A DNA stretch of 64,000 nucleotides, taken from the NCBI GenBank assembly GCA_902602765.1, contig CACKSH010000007.1, forward strand, positions 30,373-94,372, in the 5' to 3' direction. A program made the position numbers and the translations under genes. This DNA is from Paracoccaceae bacterium. Its GTDB lineage: Bacteria > Pseudomonadota > Alphaproteobacteria > Rhodobacterales > Rhodobacteraceae. Below are positions 10,002-18,977 of this stretch, piece by piece (the first letter of the stretch is position 1; each line of letters begins with the position of its first letter). A model generated the notes under the pieces. The model ran no database searches. It saw only the letters and a program-made list of their open reading frames with translations, and was not told the DNA's origin.

Positions 10002-10496
10002 TTAGTCGTATTTTTGCCAAAGAACAGTCTTATTACATTGCGAAGAAGATAATGCTTCTAACATCTGGTGAATTTGAAATCCTTCCAAGCTGTTGAAAAC
10101 ATCAAATAATACTTCATTGCCTTCTACATTTGTTGGTATTTCCACTTTATAATTAGCGGTTCTTTCTATTATCCAGATACTAGAGCTATTTGATTTATCA
10201 ATACTAAGACATTCTATGTCCTCAATTGAAAATATAGCACCGGTTTTTGGCCCAAAGTAGCTAATTTGTCCCTCTGTGAATTCAACTATTCCTCCGCCCG
10301 TTTCTTTTCTTTTAAAACTAGTGCGCTGATAGCTTGTATAAGCAAAAATTACCCCAGTTATTAAAACTCCATATCCAACGAAATAAAGAGTACCATATGA
10401 ATATATTGTCCAATACAAGCCTAATCCTGCAAACATTATTGCAACGATAGTTTCCCGCCAGATTATTAAACTGTCTAATAAAGTATTTTTCTTCAT
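10002..10496 (-). CDS. Conserved hypothetical membrane protein (two N-terminal TM helices)
   Basis: Hydrophobic N-terminal segments, EGQISYFGP motif; ATG overlaps the rsmE stop (TGATG). Confidence 0.75.
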   Translation of the reverse strand: MKKNTLLDSLIIWRETIVAIMFAGLGLYWTIYSYGTLYFVGYGVLITGVIFAYTSYQRTSFKRKETGGGIVEFTEGQISYFGPKTGAIFSIEDIECLSIDKSNSSSIWIIERTANYKVEIPTNVEGNEVLFDVFNSLEGFQIHQMLEALSSSQCNKTVLWQKYD

Positions 10497-11212
10497 CACC
10501 AATCGCCGAGGTAATTTTGCCATAATGAAATTGCAGTAACAGCTGCTGTATCAGCTCGCAAAATCCTTGGGCCAAGACTTATACTGAAGGTAAATTTTAG
10601 TCCTTTGAGATGGTTTCGCTCTATTTCCGAAAAACCCCCTTCAGGGCCTACCAGTATAGCCCATTTCCCTTTTTTTAGATTTTCGAAATTTATCCCTGAT
10701 GCCTGCAATTTTTCATCACAGAATACGAGGCTTCTGTCTGGCGGAAAATTTTCAAGCACTTCGTTAATTTTTTGTAATTCCTCTATTTTTGGAATATACG
10801 TCCCCCCACATTGCTCGGCAGCCTCTATCGCATGTGCGCTTAACCTAGTTAATTTAATTCTATCCGCATTTGTGTGTTCAGTTTGAACTGGTATTATTTT
10901 AGCTACTCCAAGCTCGGTGGCTTTTTCAACTATGAAGTCAGTTCGGACTTTTTTCAAAGGAGAAAATAAGAGCCATAGGTCCGGTGGCATAATTTGTGGT
11001 TTTGTTTGCTTAATACAAAACAAAACTCCACTTTTCTTTGAAATTTCTTCAATTGATGCCTCCCACTCGCCATTATTCCCATCAAAAATTAAGATTGTTT
11101 CACCGATACTTTTGCGCATCACTGAAAAAATATAATGAGCTTGATCCTTGTTCAAAGGAACGGATTGCGCTTTCCCTAAAGTGTGATCTACAAAGAGTCT
11201 AATTTTATTCAT
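10496..11212 (-). CDS. rsmE: 16S rRNA m3U1498 methyltransferase
   Basis: EKATELGV, EAAEQC, GPEGGFS, LGPRILRADTA; start placed at MNKIRLF. Confidence 0.96.
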   Translation of the reverse strand: MNKIRLFVDHTLGKAQSVPLNKDQAHYIFSVMRKSIGETILIFDGNNGEWEASIEEISKKSGVLFCIKQTKPQIMPPDLWLLFSPLKKVRTDFIVEKATELGVAKIIPVQTEHTNADRIKLTRLSAHAIEAAEQCGGTYIPKIEELQKINEVLENFPPDRSLVFCDEKLQASGINFENLKKGKWAILVGPEGGFSEIERNHLKGLKFTFSISLGPRILRADTAAVTAISLWQNYLGDW

Positions 11213-11227
11213 ATCGGAATATACTGT

Positions 11228-12184
11228 ATGCCCCATTTAGAGCCATTACCAGATGCTGAGGACCAAATATTTGATGCAGTTGACAACAATTGGGTAGATA
11301 GTCACGCGCCATATTGGTCTCGACCTTTTTTAAAGTTATCGAGAATGGATCGTCCAATTGGAACTTGGCTTTTATTGCTGCCATGCTGGTGGGGTTTGCT
11401 AATTGGGATATTAAGCAATGGATCCCCAAGGTTTTACGATTTGTGGATCTTAGTTGCCTGTGCATTTGGTGCTGTATTAATGAGAGGCTCTGGGTGTACG
11501 TGGAATGATATTAATGACCGTGAAATTGATGGTAAAGTTCTGCGGACGAAACTCAGACCTATTCCCAGTGGCTCTATAACTGTTAGAACTGCGGCTCTAT
11601 GGATGATTATTCAAGCTATTATCGCTTTTTTAATTCTGTTGACCTTTAACATTACGGCTATTGTGTTAGGCTTTATAGCGATATTGCCTGTTGCCATTTA
11701 TCCTTTCGCAAAAAGATTTACTTGGTGGCCACAATTTTTTTTAGGAATTGCATTTAACTGGGGTGTACTTTTAGCTTTTGCAGCTTCAACAAATTTTTTG
11801 AATTGGCCGTGCTTCTTACTTTATCTCGCAGGAATTTCATGGACTTTATTTTATGATACGATTTATGCGCATCAAGATAAAGAAGATGACGCAATGCTTG
11901 GCGTTAAATCAACAGCCATTTTGTTTGGAGATAAAACTAAAATTTGGTTACTTATTTTTGCCTCGATAGCGGCAGGTTTAATGACATTATCCTTTATAAG
12001 CTCTGCAAGTGGCCTTGAGATGTTTATAGCAGTTGCAGGCGCTCTGTTTTTTTATCTTCATATGGTCTTGCAAGTCATTAAGTTGGATATCGAAAACAGT
12101 CAAAATTTATTAGATACATTCCGTTCTAATCGCAACACAGGCTTTATCCCTGTTATTTTTTTAATTGCTTCCGTTCTGTTTTAA
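11228..12184 (+). CDS. ubiA: 4-hydroxybenzoate polyprenyltransferase
   Basis: RMDRPIGTWLLLLPCWW, NDINDREID, YDTIYAHQDKEDD Asp-rich motifs; multiple TM helices. Confidence 0.96.
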   Translation: MPHLEPLPDAEDQIFDAVDNNWVDSHAPYWSRPFLKLSRMDRPIGTWLLLLPCWWGLLIGILSNGSPRFYDLWILVACAFGAVLMRGSGCTWNDINDREIDGKVLRTKLRPIPSGSITVRTAALWMIIQAIIAFLILLTFNITAIVLGFIAILPVAIYPFAKRFTWWPQFFLGIAFNWGVLLAFAASTNFLNWPCFLLYLAGISWTLFYDTIYAHQDKEDDAMLGVKSTAILFGDKTKIWLLIFASIAAGLMTLSFISSASGLEMFIAVAGALFFYLHMVLQVIKLDIENSQNLLDTFRSNRNTGFIPVIFLIASVLF

Positions 12185-12231
12185 ATTACTTCGTTTAATT
12201 CTTAAAAGTTTTCAGCTACTGTGACGCGTAA

Positions 12232-14085
12232 ATGTTTAATTCCGTGCATAAATTTAAATATTTTATTTTTGTGTTAGCAGCTTTTATTTCGGTATTAGCA
12301 GCCATAATTTTTTCTAATTTTATTGAAGCAAGGTCAAAAAAACATCTTAAGTCCGTGCTGAGTCAAGGTGGATACTCTTGGGCTGAGATTGATACTGATG
12401 GTTTGCGGATTTTCATACATGGAAATGCGCCCGAAGAATCTGAACGGGTAGGTGCTATTAGACTTGTCCGATCCGTAGTTGCTCCCCAGCGGTTAATTGA
12501 TAATATTTCTAGTATCGAAAGTATTGAAACAAAACAAAAGGCAATCAATTTAAAAATATTAAAGTCGATTGGTAAAGTGTTTGTAATCGGCAGTTTCCCT
12601 GGAGGGTCTAACGCTTTAGATTTTGAAGCAATGCTTAAGAAAAGATTATCTATTAATGAAGAATACCGTATAATCCTTAATCAAACAGATTTAACCCCTA
12701 CCGTGGATTGGGGTTTAACGACTTCATACGCCCTTTCTTTGGTAGATGTAATTGAAATTGGAAAAATTGAGACAGATGGTAAACGACTTTTTTTAGAGGG
12801 TATAGTCGAGGAGAATCTGAATTCCAAAAATCTTATAGAGAATATAAAATCTCGGGCTCCACTTAATCTGCCAGTTGAAATCTTATTTCACCAACCTCGT
12901 GAATTGATTTCTCCTTTTACCTTTCAGATAGAGACTAAAAATGGCTTGTTGAAGTACTCTAATTGTGTGGTAGCGGATGAAACAAGTAAGATCCAGATTG
13001 CTGAACTTGCTAAAAAACTGAATGCTACGGCCATGCAAGAATGTTTAGTTGGACTTGGAGAGCCAAGTCCTCAATGGACTGAAGCATTAAAAAAGGCATT
13101 TTCGATTTCAGCACAACTTGTTAATGCAAAAGTAGTATTTGATAACCTCGATATCTCTATTATATTCGACCATTCATTTTCGCAACATGAGTACGACAAA
13201 ATTATAAATTCCATCTCAAACACTTTCCCGTCAGAGTTTGTTTTGTCATTAGTGAAGCTTTCAAAGAATGACAGTAATGATGTATCATCTAATAAAGTTG
13301 TAGCCACTTTAAGTCCTGAAGGTCTTTTGAAAATTATTGGCCCCATAAGCGAGGGCTTTGATGAAGAACTGGTTGTTAATTTCGCTAAAGCACGCTTTGG
13401 TTCCGAACATTCATCAACTTCTCTTTACAATGTTGGGTCACTTCCGCCGGATTGGGGATTTAGGATTATTGCCGGCTTGGAAGGGTTAAAAGAGTTAAAG
13501 AATGGTATATTGGAGGTAACTCCAAATTTGATAGAAATTAGAGGCACTACTTATAAAAAATTCTCTTCTGCTAAAATCACGAAGCTTATTGGAAATAAGA
13601 TTGGCTATAATCAGCGGCTTTCACTTGAAATTGATTATGTTGAAATGCCAAAGCCTAAAGATAATAGTTTAACTGCATCGCAGTGTGTTGCTAAAATTTC
13701 AGAAGTTTTAAAGCTTAGAAAAATCAAGTTTGAACCTGGTTCTGATAGAGTGGATCTTGCTGGACAAGAAATTCTCGATGATATCGCAAAAATTTTGTTC
13801 AATTGTGGCGACATAATTTTAGAAATTGGTGGGCACACAGATAGTCAAGGAAGAGAGCAAATGAATTTGAATTTGTCTCAGGCCAGAGCAAATGCTGTAC
13901 TGTTTGAATTACAAAGACGCCGGATTTTAACTAAAAATATTGTGGCGAAGGGTTACGGAGAAAGCGAACCTGTCGCATCAAATGAAACTGAGCAAGGTCG
14001 AGAAAAAAATCGAAGAATAGAATTTAGGCATCTGGATCTATCTTTGGGTATCAGGATACCATCTGAAAATGAAATTAGTGATTAA
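12232..14085 (+). CDS. Membrane-anchored BON-like repeat protein with C-terminal OmpA-like peptidoglycan-binding domain
   Basis: N-terminal TM helix; C-terminal IGGHTDSQG...NLNLSQARA...GYGE...NRRIEF. Confidence 0.88.
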   Translation: MFNSVHKFKYFIFVLAAFISVLAAIIFSNFIEARSKKHLKSVLSQGGYSWAEIDTDGLRIFIHGNAPEESERVGAIRLVRSVVAPQRLIDNISSIESIETKQKAINLKILKSIGKVFVIGSFPGGSNALDFEAMLKKRLSINEEYRIILNQTDLTPTVDWGLTTSYALSLVDVIEIGKIETDGKRLFLEGIVEENLNSKNLIENIKSRAPLNLPVEILFHQPRELISPFTFQIETKNGLLKYSNCVVADETSKIQIAELAKKLNATAMQECLVGLGEPSPQWTEALKKAFSISAQLVNAKVVFDNLDISIIFDHSFSQHEYDKIINSISNTFPSEFVLSLVKLSKNDSNDVSSNKVVATLSPEGLLKIIGPISEGFDEELVVNFAKARFGSEHSSTSLYNVGSLPPDWGFRIIAGLEGLKELKNGILEVTPNLIEIRGTTYKKFSSAKITKLIGNKIGYNQRLSLEIDYVEMPKPKDNSLTASQCVAKISEVLKLRKIKFEPGSDRVDLAGQEILDDIAKILFNCGDIILEIGGHTDSQGREQMNLNLSQARANAVLFELQRRRILTKNIVAKGYGESEPVASNETEQGREKNRRIEFRHLDLSLGIRIPSENEISD

Positions 14086-14097
14086 AGTAGGTAAATA

Positions 14098-14430
14098 ATG
14101 AGCCAGTTTGACTTAATAATTTTTACATCAATTGTATTATTTGTAACTTTTTGTTCAGGGTGGTTGGCGCATCTATTAATAGCAAAGTTGGGTCATAAGT
14201 CTGAGAGAACTCAAACAGGTGAAAAAGCTATGGCGGAGGCTTTTCATAAATCGGAGACTGAACATGCCAATATTGTTGATAAGTTAAAAGAACGTGATGC
14301 TGAACTTACAAATAAACTAGCCCAAGCTCAAGCTGAACTTAGCGCAACGATGGATGGATTGCATAATGCTAGAATAGAAATAGAAAGTTTACGTGAGAGC
14401 TCTAAAAAAACCCAAAAAAATAATAAATAG
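14098..14430 (+). CDS. Small hypothetical protein (N-terminal TM plus coiled coil)
   Basis: Hydrophobic N-terminus then heptad-like acidic helix; AGGT RBS; 12 nt after the OmpA gene. Confidence 0.8.
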   Translation: MSQFDLIIFTSIVLFVTFCSGWLAHLLIAKLGHKSERTQTGEKAMAEAFHKSETEHANIVDKLKERDAELTNKLAQAQAELSATMDGLHNARIEIESLRESSKKTQKNNK

Positions 14431-14438
14431 CTTATTTT

Positions 14439-14885
14439 TTATGTCCAACGCTCCAAAGCGCTTTCATCGTCCAAAACAGACTTAACCCATTGATAACCAT
14501 CTTTTGTAACTTCTTTTTTCCAAAATGGCGCTCGACTTTTTAGATAATCCATTAAAAATTCAGCAGATTGGAATGCATCTCGACGATGTCTTGCGGCAGT
14601 CGCAACCATCATTATCTGGTCACCTAGTAAAAGTTTCCCATGTCTGTGTATGACTAGTGCATCATATAGCGACCACCGTTCCACAGCTATCTCTACGTAC
14701 TTTGAAATGGCTTTCTGAGTCATTCCGGGATATTGCTCTATATCCATATGCAGTAGCGATTTTGCACAATTATTGCGAACAATTCCATGAAATGAGACGA
14801 CTGCGCCAATATTTGTATCGTCATTATTAAAAAATTTTAACTCTTTTCCTATATCAAAATCGTTAAGCTGCACAGATATACGCAC
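14439..14885 (-). CDS. moaE: Molybdopterin synthase large subunit
   Basis: GAVVSFHGIVR, YPGMT, HR motif, MDYLKSRAPFWKKE; GTG start. Confidence 0.95.
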   Translation of the reverse strand: MRISVQLNDFDIGKELKFFNNDDTNIGAVVSFHGIVRNNCAKSLLHMDIEQYPGMTQKAISKYVEIAVERWSLYDALVIHRHGKLLLGDQIMMVATAARHRRDAFQSAEFLMDYLKSRAPFWKKEVTKDGYQWVKSVLDDESALERWT

Positions 14886-14886
14886 T

Positions 14887-15135
14887 TTATCCTCCTGTCA
14901 TGGGCGGAAAAAATGCGATTTCTGTAGCACCACTTAATTTTGTATCAAATTCGCAGAGCTCTTGATTAATTGCTACTTTTATTGCTGAAAGATCTGAGAA
15001 TGCGACCTCGTATCTTCTTTCTTTTTGTTTTAATTCTTCTACTAGTTCCATAACAGTCCTAGATTGTGTTTCTACTATTTCGTATGGCACTCCTACACGT
15101 TCTCTAACCCAAGCAAAATACAATACTTTTATCAT
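14887..15135 (-). CDS. moaD: Molybdopterin synthase sulfur carrier subunit
   Basis: VLYFAWVRE N-terminus; C-terminal FFPPMTGG di-glycine. Confidence 0.96.
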   Translation of the reverse strand: MIKVLYFAWVRERVGVPYEIVETQSRTVMELVEELKQKERRYEVAFSDLSAIKVAINQELCEFDTKLSGATEIAFFPPMTGG

Positions 15136-15791
15136 TTGCCCTCTATAAGTACGGGTAGTGCTTTTTTGAAGTATTCAAAGCCTGTTATCAAAGTTAGTAT
15201 AGCAGCCAACCACAGCATAACCAGACCAAAATTTTCTAACCAATATAAAAAATCGAAATTTAATATTGCTGTTTGGTCGATTTCAGAGTCTTGCGAATTG
15301 TTAATACTGGTGCCTTCTTTTCGCTTAATATATTTTACCACGTAATGCTCTACCACCCCTTGTGCAAACAAGAGGGCGATAGATAACATTTGTGAGGTTG
15401 TTTTCCACTTTGCTAGAACGGTAACCGATAGGTCGATTGGACTATCGCCAACAAATTCTCTTAGCCCAGATATGAAAACTTCTCTAAATAAGATAAAAGT
15501 TGCTGGCAGTACAAGCCAAGGTGACATGCTCGAGTAACCTACAATTACCATTAAAGCAATTACAACCATTGCTTTATCGGCAATTGGATCCAACATCGCT
15601 CCAAGCTTAGTCTCTTGACGCCATATACGGGCCAGATATCCGTCAAACCAATCAGTTATAGATGCGAGTAAAAATAGTAATAAAGCAAACCAATCTGCGT
15701 AAGGTCTGTCAAAATATAGAAACATTACAGCCAGGCCGGGCGCTGCCAGTAGTCTAATGATGGTTAAAATGTTGGGAATAGTCCAGATCAT
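15132..15791 (-). CDS. pgsA: CDP-diacylglycerol--glycerol-3-phosphate 3-phosphatidyltransferase
   Basis: PNILT and DWFDGYLAR...GAMLDPIADK CDP-alcohol phosphotransferase motif; ATGA overlap with moaD. Confidence 0.95.
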   Translation of the reverse strand: MIWTIPNILTIIRLLAAPGLAVMFLYFDRPYADWFALLLFLLASITDWFDGYLARIWRQETKLGAMLDPIADKAMVVIALMVIVGYSSMSPWLVLPATFILFREVFISGLREFVGDSPIDLSVTVLAKWKTTSQMLSIALLFAQGVVEHYVVKYIKRKEGTSINNSQDSEIDQTAILNFDFLYWLENFGLVMLWLAAILTLITGFEYFKKALPVLIEGK

Positions 15792-15913
15792 CGACGCCTT
15801 ACCCTATATTTGTCATTTGCTGCTATAAATCATCCCTAGATAGAGCCAATTCAACTATTAAACACAGTAGCTCTCACAAAGGTTTTTATTTTAGTATGTT
15901 GTCCAATTCCATA

Positions 15914-16357
15914 TTAACTATCTTTGAAAATTTGAACTAAGTGTAGTATTGCGAGTTCATAACCTTGCATTCCACAACCAACAATAACACTGTCAGCACG
16001 CTGAGAAACATATGAAAAATGACGAAAACTTTCTCTTTTATGAATATTTGATATATGAACCTCAATAATTGGACCGTGAAACATTTCCAAAGCATCAAAA
16101 ATTGCTATAGACGTATGAGAATATGCACCTGGGTTAATTATTATCGCATCTGAGGTTTCTTTTGCTGTGTGTATTAGTTCTACAATCTGCCCCTCATAAT
16201 TTGTCTGTTTGCTTTCGAGCTCTAAGCCATTTTGCTTAGCAAGTTTCTTACATGCTTCTTCAACATTGTTTAGTGTGATATCTCCATAAACTTTTGGATC
16301 TCTTTTACCAAGCATATTTAGGTTTGGCCCGTTAAGAAGAAGAATTTTGTTTGCCAT
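15914..16357 (-). CDS. aroQ: Type II 3-dehydroquinate dehydratase
   Basis: LNGPNLNMLGKR, INPGAYSHTS, EVHISNIHKRE. Confidence 0.97.
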   Translation of the reverse strand: MANKILLLNGPNLNMLGKRDPKVYGDITLNNVEEACKKLAKQNGLELESKQTNYEGQIVELIHTAKETSDAIIINPGAYSHTSIAIFDALEMFHGPIIEVHISNIHKRESFRHFSYVSQRADSVIVGCGMQGYELAILHLVQIFKDS

Positions 16358-16415
16358 TATAATCTCCGTCCATTGCTGGCATATATTTGAACCTGTTAAG
16401 CGACACTTGCAAGTA

Positions 16416-17228
16416 CTATATTATTGTCCACAGGATAAGACCAATACCAAGCAAGATCCTGTAAATAATGTAAGGTAAAAACCCTAAAGATTTCAAATAT
16501 CGAAGCATAACTGCAATGGCCAAATATGCAGCAATATAAGAAAATATTAATGTAATTAAGATAATTTTTAATTCAAATTTGCTACCATTTAAGTAATTTT
16601 CTATAATTGAGAGAGCACTTGCCGCAATTATTACTGGGATAGACAGTAGCATAGAGATTTTAACTGCATGTTCGCGACTGTATCCTAATATTCTAGCAGC
16701 GGAAATAGTTATACCCGATCTTGATGTGCCAGGGATCAATGCTAACGCTTGCCAGCAACCAATTTTAAAAGAAGTTTTTAAAGACCAAGTTATAGCTCCA
16801 AATTCTTGAGTTTCTTTGTTCTTGTTATCTGACCACCAAAGGAAGACGCCAAAGCCTATCGATGTAATTCCAATTAACAAGATATTATCACGCATTAGAA
16901 TATCATAACCAAGCAGTTTAATTGCAAGGCCAAATACCATCGCGGGGATTGTTGCAACGACCAGACATAGTGCGATAAAACTATCGTTGGTATTAACTTT
17001 ACCGGTTAAAAGTTTGGCAAGACCAAACCAAATATGCTTAGTATCGTTCCAAAAATAGCTAATCACTGCTAAAAGAGTTCCAAAATGGACTGCAATATCT
17101 ATTGTCTGCCCCTGATCTGGTAATTCACTGAAATGGTGCAATAATATTAAATGAGCACTTGAGGAGACGGGAAGAAACTCCGTTAATCCTTGGATTATTG
17201 CTATCAAGGCTAGATTAAATAATAACAT
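16416..17228 (-). CDS. uppP: Undecaprenyl-diphosphate phosphatase
   Basis: QGLTEFLPVSSSAH and ALIPGTSRSG motifs; polytopic membrane protein; alternative TTG start at 17240. Confidence 0.95.
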   Translation of the reverse strand: MLLFNLALIAIIQGLTEFLPVSSSAHLILLHHFSELPDQGQTIDIAVHFGTLLAVISYFWNDTKHIWFGLAKLLTGKVNTNDSFIALCLVVATIPAMVFGLAIKLLGYDILMRDNILLIGITSIGFGVFLWWSDNKNKETQEFGAITWSLKTSFKIGCWQALALIPGTSRSGITISAARILGYSREHAVKISMLLSIPVIIAASALSIIENYLNGSKFELKIILITLIFSYIAAYLAIAVMLRYLKSLGFLPYIIYRILLGIGLILWTII

Positions 17229-17441
17229 TGAGTGTTCCAAATAGTAATTTAATTGATTCTAACTTGGTAAATAAAAATTAAAAAGGAGCATTTTAGGTCC
17301 GAAACGGATATAAAAATGATCTAAATTGCAAATTTTTCTTAATCCACAACATTATTTTGTTAATTTAGGTCAGTAATTATTACTTTTAATTTTAAATGAA
17401 CTGATGTATATGCTTCATTCTGATGTTTGAAGGATGTAATT

Positions 17442-18920
17442 ATGCCTACTCAACCAATGCTAAAATTTGTGAAAATCGATCGAAATATGCCTGAAAAGCG
17501 TGTTGCTGATGAGCGAAAAGAGGATTTTCAAGAGATTTACTCTGAATTTGCAAAAGAGAAAGCAGAAGAGCAGGCAAGCAGATGTAGTCAATGTGGCGTA
17601 CCATTTTGCCAGTCTCACTGTCCTCTACATAATAATATCCCTGACTGGCTTCATTTAACTGCTACAGGTAGATTAAAAGAAGCTTATGAAGTTTCCCAAC
17701 AAACTAACACTTTTCCAGAAATCTGTGGACGAATATGCCCACAAGATCGACTTTGTGAGGGAAATTGTGTTATCGAACAGTCAGGGCATGGAACAGTCAC
17801 TATTGGTGCCGTAGAAAAATATATTACTGACTTAGCATGGGAGAATGGCTGGGTTGAACCCACTAAAGCACCTGTCGAGCTTGACTTAAGTGTTGGAATA
17901 ATAGGCGCAGGTCCTGGCGGCTTAGCGGCAGCTGAACGCTTAAGAGGTGCTGGTTTTAAAGTTTGCGTTTATGACCTTTATGATAGGGCAGGAGGGTTAT
18001 TAACCTATGGTATACCGAGCTTTAAACTGGAAAAGGATGTTGTTTCCCGTAGAATTGATAACTTAGAAAAATCCGGTGTTGATTTTAATATGAATTGCAA
18101 AATCGGAGAGGATCTATCATTTTCCGATCTTAGAAAAAAGCACAATGCAGTTATCATAGCAACTGGTGTTTACAAATTCCGAGAAATAAATATTCCAGGC
18201 AATGGCTTGGATGGTGTGGTCGACGCTCTTAACTACCTTACTGTATCGAATAAGATAAATTTTGGAGATAAAGTATCGTCGTTTACTGATGGTACTTTGA
18301 ATGCAGCTGGAAAAAGGGTTGTTGTAATAGGCGGTGGTGACACTGCAATGGATTGTGTGCGAACAGCAATTCGTCAGGGTGCAAAGTCTGTTAAGTGCAT
18401 GTATCGGCGTGATCGGGCTAATATGCCAGGTTCTCAGCGAGAAGTTAACAATGCAGAAGAAGAAGGTGTTGTCTTTGAATGGCTTACTACCCCTCAAGGA
18501 TTTACCTCAGGTTCTAGCACTACAAATTTAGTTAACCTAGAAGATGCTATTGGTCCTGTAAAAGGAGTAATTGGGCGTAAAATGCGATTGGGGGCTCCTG
18601 ATGCAACAGGACGACGCGTTCCGGAAGAGGTTGATGGTAGCGATTACATTGAGCCAGCTGATTTAGTTATAAAGGCTTTGGGTTTCGAACCGGAAGATTT
18701 GCCTATCCTGTGGGAGCAATCTGAGCTCCCAATTACTCGGTGGGGAACTATAAAAGTAGAGGTGGGAACTGGTAAGACATCGCTAGATGGTGTCTACGCA
18801 GTCGGTGACATAGTTAGAGGAGCATCGCTTGTTGTTTGGGCCATCCGTGATGGCAGGGATGCAGCAGATGCTATAATTTCTAACTTAAAAACAGACCAAT
18901 CTGTGATCGCAGCAGAGTAG
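17442..18920 (+). CDS. gltD: Glutamate synthase (NADPH) small subunit
   Basis: RCSQCGVPFCQSHCP Fe-S motif, GAGPGG and GGGDTAMD Rossmann motifs; AAGGA RBS before ATG 17442. Confidence 0.96.
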   Translation: MPTQPMLKFVKIDRNMPEKRVADERKEDFQEIYSEFAKEKAEEQASRCSQCGVPFCQSHCPLHNNIPDWLHLTATGRLKEAYEVSQQTNTFPEICGRICPQDRLCEGNCVIEQSGHGTVTIGAVEKYITDLAWENGWVEPTKAPVELDLSVGIIGAGPGGLAAAERLRGAGFKVCVYDLYDRAGGLLTYGIPSFKLEKDVVSRRIDNLEKSGVDFNMNCKIGEDLSFSDLRKKHNAVIIATGVYKFREINIPGNGLDGVVDALNYLTVSNKINFGDKVSSFTDGTLNAAGKRVVVIGGGDTAMDCVRTAIRQGAKSVKCMYRRDRANMPGSQREVNNAEEEGVVFEWLTTPQGFTSGSSTTNLVNLEDAIGPVKGVIGRKMRLGAPDATGRRVPEEVDGSDYIEPADLVIKALGFEPEDLPILWEQSELPITRWGTIKVEVGTGKTSLDGVYAVGDIVRGASLVVWAIRDGRDAADAIISNLKTDQSVIAAE

Positions 18921-18977
18921 ATGAGTGAATTAGAACCAAAAGCTAGTGGTTTAAGGTTAGCTCCAAAGGAAATAGAT

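Noticed and set aside
17340-17348. DnaA-box-like TAATCCACA in the uppP/gltD spacer
   Set aside because: A single one-mismatch site is expected by chance
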